Shown here piece after piece: positions 1 through 5,835 of a stretch of 6,692 bases of DNA. How positions within the stretch are numbered: the first letter of the stretch is position 1; the number at the start of each line of letters is the position of its first letter. The stretch is from NCBI GenBank assembly GCA_905250055.1, contig CAJNOF010000081.1, positions 61,301 to 67,992 on the forward strand, read 5' to 3'. The DNA is from Rotaria sp. (taxonomy: Eukaryota). The translations under genes were made by a program, and so were the position numbers. The notes under the pieces are model-generated. The model did not search any database. It saw nothing but the letters and a program-made list of their open reading frames with translations, and had not been told where the DNA came from.

Positions 1-249
1 ATGAACGATTAAGATCGCTCACTATTATTCAATCTATAGCCGTCGGGTGCTTTCGAATGATACCACGTATCGAAAGCGAACAAATACAAAATCTGTAAGT
101 AACCATAGAACATGAATGATCATTTATACAAATAAAAGAATTGTCGTAGTATACCATCAGTTGTTCCTTATGAGTCAAAGTATCAAATTCAATTTCCAAT
201 CTATTCTCAAGAACTAAGTAAGAAGAAACATTGATACTAGGGGAGGGAA

Positions 250-475
250 GTTACCGTTACGTTACCAAGTAACTAGTAACGCAGGAGTTACTAGTTACCG
301 GGTAACTAGTAACTTTTGCGTTACCAGTTACTTGGTAACTAGTAACTTTTGCGTTACCAGTTACTTGGTAACTAGTAACTTTTGCGTTACTAGTTACTTG
401 GTAACTAGTAACTTTTGCGTTACTAGTTACCGGGTAACGGTAACTCTGCGTTACTCGGTAACGGTAACTGGTAAC
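250..475. repeat. 33-bp tandem repeat built from alternating GTAACTAGTAAC / GTTACYAGTTAC 12-mers; four clean units at 301-432 plus degenerate flanks
   Basis: Units start at 301, 334, 367 and 400 (GGTAACTAGTAACTTTTGCGTTACYAGTTACTT). Each unit is a 12-bp stem, 11/12 or 12/12 complementary, around a TTTTGC loop. A near-perfect palindrome with 14-bp arms sits at 286-314. The 11-aa periodicity of track ORF 332-592 reflects the same 33-bp period. Confidence 0.9.
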
Positions 476-816
476 TTCAAATCTCTTCCATCCTCACGCA
501 AAGGTTGTGTTTCCCAAATTTTGAGGTCCTATAAATTGGAATATATCGGGAGCCTGAGGTCCTTAAGTCCTATATTATGGGGGTACCCTTAGGTCCTCAA
601 GTCCTATATTATAGGGGTACCCCTGGGTCCTCAAGTCCTATATTACGGGGGTACTCCTGGGTCCTCAAGTCCTATATTATGGGGGTACCCTTAGGTCCTC
701 AAGTCCTATATTATAGGGGTACCCATAGGTCCTCAAGTCCTATATTATGGGGGTATCCCTGGGTCCTCAAGTCCTATATTATGGGGGTACCCTTAGGTCC
801 TCAAGTCCTATATTAT

Positions 817-1564
817 AGGGGTACCCTTAGGTCCTCAAGTCCTATATTATGGGAGTACCCTTAGGTCCACAAGTCCTATATTATGGGGGTACCCTTGGGT
901 CCTTAAGTCCTATATTATGAGGGTACCCTTGGGTCTTCAAGTCCTATATTATGGGGGTACCTTTAGCTCGACAAGGACTATATTATGGGGGTACCCTTAG
1001 GTCCTCAAGTCCTATATTATGGGGGTACCTTTAGGCCCTCAAGTCATATATTATGGGGGTACTCTTAGGTCCTCAAGTCCTATATTACGGGGGTACTCCT
1101 GGGTCCTCAAGTCCTATATTATAGGGGTACCTTTAGGTCCTCAAGTCATATATTATGGGGGTACCCTTAGGTCCTCAAGTCCTATATTATAGGGGTACCC
1201 TTAGGTCCTCAAGTCCTATATTATGGAAGTACCCTTAGGTCCACAAGTCCTATATTATGGGGGTACCCTTGGGTCCTTAAGTCCTATATTATGAGGGTAC
1301 CCTTGGGTCTTCAAGTCCTATATTATGGGGGTACCTTTAGCTCCACAAGGACTATATTATGGGGGTACCCTTAGGTCCTCAAGTCCTATATTATGGGGTT
1401 ACCTTTAGGCCCTCAAGTCATAGATTATGGGGGTACTCTTAGGTCCTCAAGTCCTATATTACGGGGGTACTCCTGGGTCCTCAAGTCCTATATTATAGGG
1501 GTACCCTTAGGTCCACAAGTCCTATATTATGGGGGTACCTTTAGCTCGACAAGGACTATATTAT
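817..1564 (+). repeat. 374-bp (11-unit) higher-order repeat of satellite A, two copies
   Basis: Units 817-1122 and 1191-1496 are colinear, with 4 mismatches in 306 bp by direct comparison. The last two units of each copy diverge. Confidence 0.85.
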
Positions 1565-1734
1565 GGGGGTACCCTTAGGTCCTCAAGTCCTATATTATGG
1601 GGTTACCTTTAGGCCCTCAAGTCATAGATTATGGGGGTACTCTTAGGTCCTCAAGTCCTATGTTACGGGGGTACTCCTGGGTCCTCAAGTCCTATATTAT
1701 AGGGGTACCCTTAGGTCCTCAAGTCCTATATTAT
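1327..1734 (+). repeat. 204-bp (6-unit) higher-order repeat of satellite A, two copies
   Basis: 1327-1530 versus 1531-1734 shows 3 mismatches in 204 bp. This explains the near-identical track ORFs 1393-1578 and 1597-1782. Confidence 0.85.
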
Positions 1735-2116
1735 AGGGGTACCTTTAGGTCCTCAAGTCCTATATTATGGGGGTACCTTTAGGTTCTCAAGTCCTATATT
1801 ATGGGAGTACCCTTAGGTCCTCAAGTCATATATTATGGGGGTACCCTTAGGTCCTGAAGTCCTATATTATAGGGGTACCTTTAGGTACTCAAGTCATATA
1901 TTATGGGGGTACCCTTAGGTCCTCAAGTCCTATATTACGGGGGTACTCCTGGGTCCTCAAGTCCTATATTATGGGGTACCCTTAGGTCCTCAAGTCTTAT
2001 ATTATAGGGGTACCCTTAGGTCCACAAGTCCTATATTATGGGGGTACATTTAGCTCGTCAAGGACTATATTATGGGGGTACCTATTCTATACTGGTATCC
2101 ATAAGTCTTCACGGCC

Positions 2117-2254
2117 TGCCGAATAGGACACCCTCATATAATAGGATATGAGGACCCGAGTGTATTCCTATAATATAGAAGATGAGAACCCAAAAGTACC
2201 TCCGTAATATAGGCCTTAAGGACCTAAGAATACCCACATAATACAGGACATGAC
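2117..2254 (-). repeat. About four degenerate 34-bp satellite units in inverted orientation (mixed A-like and B-like)
   Basis: The segment reads as the reverse complement of the unit, for example CCGTAATATAGGCCTTAAGGACCTAAGAATACCCAC. It shares the 19-mer ATAGAAGATGAGAACCCAA (2175-2193) with 6530-6548 in the same orientation. Confidence 0.75.
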
Positions 2255-2386
2255 AAGGGGGAAAGTGCAGGTACCAAGTGCCAAATTGTACTTGATGGTG
2301 CTGAGGTGCTGAAAAGGTGCTGAGGTGCTGAGAAGGTGCTGAGGTTCTGAAAAGGTGCTGAGGTGCTGAGAAGGTGCTGAGGTGCT
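2255..2386 (+). repeat. Minisatellite module copy 1: leader AAGGGGGAAAGTGCAG plus GGTGCTGAG array (2297-2386)
   Basis: The array has a 19-bp period (GGTGCTGAG GTGCTGARAA) repeated about 4.7 times, with a 38-bp alternation of GAAAA and GAGAA. The leader is shared with 3291-3306 and, in reverse complement, with 5998-6015. Confidence 0.85.
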
Positions 2387-3290
2387 TATAGAGTTTAGAT
2401 GATATTATATGTTTTAACGGCTGTTATTGACATAACCTAATAGCGTTCTCTATTAGATTTATTTCGATATCATAATCCTATTGAATGTTCTCTGTGTCCA
2501 ATGAGAAAGGAGGTGTGTGAAATTCCTATCTCGGCATACCAAAAATTTGACCCTAATTTTATCAGCGCTAGAATCAGCATTGAACCCTGATTCTTTTTCA
2601 CGAGTTTATTTTACACTTTCTCATCATTCGATTTTTCGACCCATGGAGTCCCCCAGGGATCGAAAAAATTTTTTTATCAAGAATCCTTTAGAAGTCCTTA
2701 CAGTTTTATAGAACTAAGTGTGCTGATTCCAAATATGATATTTATTTTAAAGATTAATAGGGAAATAAGAAAGATCTGAAGTACTTAATGAGAGGTCTAA
2801 AAACCTGTTTTTGACCTAAAGGTCCATAGAAATCTCATTTAAATTCATTGAAAATAGGCTCATTCGACTCAGAATGTTTTTCTCTACCAGAATCTATAAG
2901 AACCTTTTAGGTATTGAAAACTTTTTCTATCGAACACTGGGGAACACCGCCCCCGATTGGACTCTATTGCTATCAAGAATGACTTTTCTCGCTCCTGACA
3001 AGTTATCGTTTATAAGAGTGTACCAGCGAGATTTTTTTTATGGAATATGTAATTTTATATGCTCTTCCAAATGAAACTATTTTCAACTTGAAATTCGATG
3101 TCTAGTGGACCATTTTCTATCTAACACCTATCTCGAGACCCTTTTTTTCCTATTTTTGCCCAGTATTTCCCAGTGTTCGTCAAGGATAATGTTGATTTGA
3201 CTTCAAACAAATATCACATTCGGAATTAGCACACAAAACTGCATTGACCTACATATGTTTCATATCGTTTCTGAGACTTTCATTTTTCCC

Positions 3291-3466
3291 AAAGGGGAAA
3301 GTGCAGGTCCCTGGCACCAAATTTGCTCTGGAATACTGAGCAGGTGCTGAGGTGCTGATAAGGTACTGAGGTGCCGAGAAGGTGCTGGACAGCTGCTGAG
3401 GTGCTCATACATATTTGGCATTAGACTGGAAATCAAGGTAATAGCTATGAAGAAGACTCAGACTAT
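3291..3466 (+). repeat. Minisatellite module copy 2: leader, degenerate GGTGCTGAG array (3335-3405) and 72-bp trailer
   Basis: The leader AAAGGGGAAAGTGCAG is at 3291-3306. The trailer 3395-3466 matches the reverse complement of 5836-5907 at 68/72 positions. Confidence 0.85.
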
Positions 3467-3799
3467 TCCGAATCGACTTTTTCGATCAAAACATGAGTTT
3501 TTCGAGAAAATAACGATTTTTGATAAAACTTCACTAAAGGCTTTCGGAGTCAAGGAACCCGAATCTATAGTTGGTTTCTCGAAATTCTCGAGTTCATTTT
3601 TTTTCAATCAGTAGAGTTCTATTTCAAGACAGGCGTTCTCTCATCGAAAAAAAAATCGAACTCGAGAATTTTGAGAAACCAACTATAGATTCGAATTCCT
3701 CGATCCCGAAAACCTTTAGTCAAGCTTTTTATAAAAAATCGTTATTTTCTCGAACAACCCTTGTTTTGACCGAAAAAGTCGATTCGAAATAGTCTCAGT
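3456..3799. mobile_element. 344-bp foldback F1 (inverted pair U'-loop-U), MITE-like; mobility not demonstrated
   Basis: Arms 3456-3595 and 3658-3799 are reverse complements, roughly 80-85% identical by eye (ACTCAGACTATTCCGAATCGACTTTTTCG versus rc ACTGAGACTATTTCGAATCGACTTTTTCG). The loop is 62 bp and A/T-rich. The element is absent from the mirrored right arm. Confidence 0.6.
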
Positions 3800-3804
3800 T
3801 AGAC

Positions 3805-4045
3805 AGCAGTGTCACATATCCAAGATTTTGGAGATGCCACCACGTCTCTCGCGGGAGATGCCGCATCTCGCGCGAGAGATGCGGGTGTGGGTGTGGGGGA
3901 TGCGCATCTCTAAAGGAGATCTGACATCTCCAGTGGTGAATGACCACATCTCTCGAGTGTGGGTGTCGCGTATCCCGCTGGAGACGCGGCATCTCCCACG
4001 GGAGATGTGGTGGCATCTCCAAAATCTTGGTTATGTGACACTACT
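3805..4045. mobile_element. 241-bp palindromic MITE-like element with about 70-bp terminal inverted repeats and nested GGAGATG/CATCTCC hairpins
   Basis: The TIRs 3808-3874 and 3976-4042 are about 90% complementary, with termini CAGTGTCAC / rc TAGTGTCAC. The 7-mer CAGTTAG flanks both ends (3796-3802 and 4047-4053). The element is absent from the mirrored right arm. Confidence 0.65.
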
Positions 4046-4053
4046 CCAGTTAG

Positions 4054-4113
4054 GGGTGAGAAGTTATTGTTATTGGTTGTTATTAATAACAGATCAATAA
4101 CAAATCCTAATCT
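4054..4113 (+). repeat. AT-rich linker, inverted partner of 5780-5835
   Basis: GGGGTGAGAAGTTATTGTTATTGG...AACAAATCCTAATCT aligns to the reverse complement of 5780-5835 at about 85% identity by eye. It contains the 14-bp perfect palindrome TGTTATTAATAACA at 4078-4091. Confidence 0.8.
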
Positions 4114-4429
4114 ATGAAGGTACCCTTAGGTGCTCATCTCCTATTATATGGAGGTACCCTCAGGTCCTCATGCCTACTACCTGAAGGTATCCTTGGGTCC
4201 TACTATCTGAAGGCACCCTTGGATCCCCATATCCTATTATATGCAAGTACCCTTAGGCGCTCATGTCCTATTATCTCAGGGTATCTTTGGATCCTCATCT
4301 CCTATTACGTGAAGGTATCCTTAGGTCCTCAAGTTCTATTATATACGCGTATCCTTAGGTTCTCAAATCCTACTATATGAAGGTACCCTTGGGTTCTCAT
4401 CTCCTATTATATGAAGGTACACTTAGGTC
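4114..4429 (+). repeat. 34-bp satellite, subfamily B, + orientation, about 9 units; consensus near GAAGGTACCCTTAGGTCCTCATCTCCTACTATAT
   Basis: Tandem units begin at ATGAAGGTACCCTTAGGTGCTCATCTCCTATTAT (4114-4147). The consensus is about 80% identical to the subfamily A unit. The units are more degenerate than in the right-arm array and one is shortened. Confidence 0.9.
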
Positions 4430-4435
4430 AGTAGA

Positions 4436-4838
4436 GGGATGTAACAATCCTAATACTTCCAATACCAATACCATTTGGCATTAGTGGTATTGATAGTGTG
4501 CAAAGGAATATCAAAGTTGAAAATTTCGAAAAAATAATGGTAGATTCGAATTCCTCGATCCCGACAGCCGTTGTTCAAAATTTATATAACACCACTATTT
4601 TTGGGTAGAAAAGCCCTTCCTTGACGAAAAAAATCAAAAACATTAAATATGGAAAGATTAATTTTATGTTTTTGATTTTTCGTCAGTGAAAGGTTTTTTT
4701 TCATAAAGTTAGATCAAAGTTTGACGGCGTTGCAGAATTCGAATCTATGATGAGTTTTTCAAAGTATTCAAGTGTGTCTTTTCATTGCACACTACCAATG
4801 CCACCCATACCATTGCAAGTATTAGCATTGTTGCACCC
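4436..4838. repeat. 403-bp foldback F2 (U-loop-U') forming the tip of the large palindrome
   Basis: Arms are 4436-4643 and 4666-4838. The outer ends are GGGATGTAACAATCCTAATACTTCC versus rc GGGTGCAACAATGCTAATACTTGC. The inner ends are GACGAAAAAAATCAAAAACAT and ATGTTTTTGATTTTTCGTC, separated by a 22-bp loop. The left arm shares an identical 24-mer (4541-4564) with F1 (3686-3709). Confidence 0.75.
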
Positions 4839-4842
4839 ATGT

Positions 4843-4904
4843 GCTGACCTATTGGTAGCCTTATACCATAGTACTTGAGAGCCTCAGAGGCTCTCCATGT
4901 AATA
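4843..4904 (-). repeat. About two degenerate subfamily B units, inverted orientation
   Basis: The reverse complement (…AAGGCTACCAATAGGTCAG) aligns with the last left-arm units (…GAAGGTACACTTAGGTCAG), continuing the palindrome beyond F2. Confidence 0.55.
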
Positions 4905-4912
4905 GCTCTGGA

Positions 4913-5140
4913 CAGGGGTGTCGCGAGGTTCCCAAGATTGGGGTGAGGGGTCGATGACTCGGAAGGTCGACCGAAAAATTTTTGCTAAAACTCACTGGAT
5001 TGGGGGGGACGAGCGGCTTTTTGAGAATCGGTGAGCAAAAAAACGAATAAAATTCTGCAACTTTGCTGGGAAAAAACGAAAATTTCTCAAGATTGGGCAA
5101 GGGGAGGAATCCCCCCGCTCCTCCCCTCGCGACAGTCCTG
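4913..5140. mobile_element. 228-bp MITE-like element inserted in a satellite B unit; 16-bp TIRs and an 8-bp flanking duplication
   Basis: The TIR CAGGGGTGTCGCGAGG (4913-4928) matches the rc of 5125-5140, CAGGACTGTCGCGAGG, at 14/16 positions. The flanks directly abutting the TIRs are GCTCTGGA (4905-4912) and GCTCTGGG (5141-5148). There is no coding capacity. With the element removed, the flanks reconstitute a degenerate 34-bp unit. Confidence 0.6.
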
Positions 5141-5166
5141 GCTCTGGGGGACCAGTGGTAATTGTC

Positions 5167-5778
5167 TATAATAGGATATGACGATCTAAAGGTACCACCA
5201 TATAATAGGAGATGAGGACCCGCGGGTACCTTCGTATAGTAGGAGATGAGGACCCAAGAGCACCCACATATAATAGGAGATGAGGACCTAAGGGTACTTC
5301 CATATAGTAGGAGATGAGGGCCTAAGGGTACCTTCATACAGTAGGAGATGAGGGCTTAAGGGTACCTTCATATAGTAGGAGATGAGGACCTAAGGGTACT
5401 TCCATATAGTAGGAGATGAGGACCCGCGAGTACCTTCGTATAGTAGGATATGAGGACCTAAGGGTACTTCCATATAGTAGGAGATGAGGACCCAAGAGCA
5501 CCCACATATAATAGGAGATGAGGACATAAGGGTACTTCCATATAGTATGAGATGAGGGCCTAAGGGTACCTTCATATAGTAGGAGATGAGGACCCGCGAG
5601 TACCTTCGTATAGTAGGAGATGAGGACCTAAGGGTACCCCTATATAATAGGAGATGAGGACCCAGGTGTACCTTCATATAGTAGGAGATGAGGACCCAAG
5701 GGTACCCACATATAACAGGAGATGAGGACCTAACGGTGCTTCCATATAATAGGAGATGAGGGCCTAAGGATACCTTCA
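5167..5778 (-). repeat. 34-bp satellite, subfamily B, inverted orientation, 18 units in exact 34-bp phase
   Basis: Units start at 5167+34n, with rc-strand consensus TATAGTAGGAGATGAGGACCTAAGGGTACCTTCA. Identical variant units recur at 5235/5473 and at 5405/5575. Confidence 0.95.
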
Positions 5779-5779
5779 T

Positions 5780-5835
5780 TTAATAGGATTTGTTATTAAT
5801 CTGTTATAAATAACAATAACAATAAATTCACATCC
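5780..5835 (-). repeat. AT-rich linker, inverted copy of 4054-4113
   Basis: The reverse complement GGATGTGAATTTATTGTTATTG...AACAAATCCTATTAA aligns colinearly with 4054-4113. Confidence 0.8.

Larger units (their letters stand above)
521..2092 (+). repeat. 34-bp satellite, subfamily A, about 46 head-to-tail units; consensus GGGGGTACCCTTAGGTCCTCAAGTCCTATATTAT
   Basis: Unit starts fall exactly on 579+34n from 579 to 1939. One 33-bp unit at 1973 shifts the phase by 1. The first two units (521-578) are degenerate. Each unit contains the 8-bp palindrome GGGTACCC, which includes a GGTACC site. Confidence 0.95.

Noticed and set aside
1-249. Possible inverted homology between the left unique flank (1-249) and the right unique segment (6061-6405), for example CGATTAAG and TAAG-N-AGAAGAAC matches
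   Set aside because: The matches are short (8-15 nt with mismatches) and not colinear, so I could not build a convincing alignment by eye.
579-612. 34-bp unit length equal to loxP/FRT, suggesting tyrosine-recombinase target sites
   Set aside because: The unit lacks the 13-8-13 inverted-repeat layout. Its only clean dyad is the 8-bp GGGTACCC, and no recombinase gene is present in the window.
577-864. Track ORFs in the satellites as genes for repetitive proteins (577-864, 1393-1578, 1597-1782, 4114-4380, 4861-5337, 5390-5779, 6390-6662; also 332-592 in the 33-bp repeat)
   Set aside because: The peptides have 34-aa or 11-aa periodicity created by the DNA period, and the frames stay open only where monomer variants remove the single TAG. 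ORF 4861-5337 runs straight across a MITE-like insertion. No start context or domain is recognisable.
521-2092. CRISPR array, because of the regular short repeats (34 bp is within CRISPR repeat length)
   Set aside because: The units are directly abutting with no unique spacers, they show higher-order repeat structure, and they recur in inverted blocks. This is satellite DNA, not repeat-spacer architecture.
2297-2386. Chi-like or recombination-hotspot core in the GGTGCTGAG minisatellite (GCTGAGGTG versus Chi GCTGGTGG)
   Set aside because: The resemblance requires an indel and rests on a few bases. Nothing in the sequence itself shows hotspot activity.
2507-2711. Shine-Dalgarno-like AAGGAGGTG (2507-2515) upstream of GTG-initiated ORF 2517-2711
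   Set aside because: Only 3 nt separate GGAGG from the GTG, which is too close. The 64-aa product is unrecognisable, and the surrounding context does not look like a prokaryotic operon.
2387-3290. Degenerate copies of the U or F3 repeat families in the AT-rich spacer (shared TCGAAAAA/TTTTTCGA motifs; the hairpin ATTTTTCGA...TCGAAAAAT at about 2632-2674)
   Set aside because: Only short motifs are shared and no extended alignment is evident. A sensitive repeat-library search would be needed before calling anything here.
3686-3709. tRNA-like B-box (GATTCGAATTCC resembles GGTTCGAATCC), suggesting a tRNA gene or tRNA-derived SINE; also AGTTCGAAC at 6343-6351
   Set aside because: No A-box, acceptor stem or cloverleaf can be drawn around either site. 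The motif is one base longer than a T-loop and is better explained as the palindromes TTCGAA/GAATTC inside a foldback arm.
3882-3898. GGGTGTGGGTGTGGGGG as a telomere-like or Rap1-type site, or a G-quadruplex
   Set aside because: There are only three G-runs, the spacing of the GGTGT half-sites differs from the yeast telomeric Rap1 site, and there is no tandem telomeric array. It is most simply the loop of a 9-bp hairpin inside the MITE.
3795-4100. Overlapping antisense ORF pair (3828-4100 on + and 3795-4022 on -), both starting MEMPP
   Set aside because: The symmetry is a direct consequence of the terminal inverted repeats of a 241-bp palindromic element. The composition is dictated by the GAGATG/CATCTC motifs.
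4473-4484. 12-mer ATTTGGCATTAG shared between the module trailer (3413-3424) and the F2 outer arm (4473-4484) as evidence of homology
   Set aside because: A few 12-mer coincidences are expected by chance in 6.7 kb searched on both strands, and the flanking bases do not extend the match.
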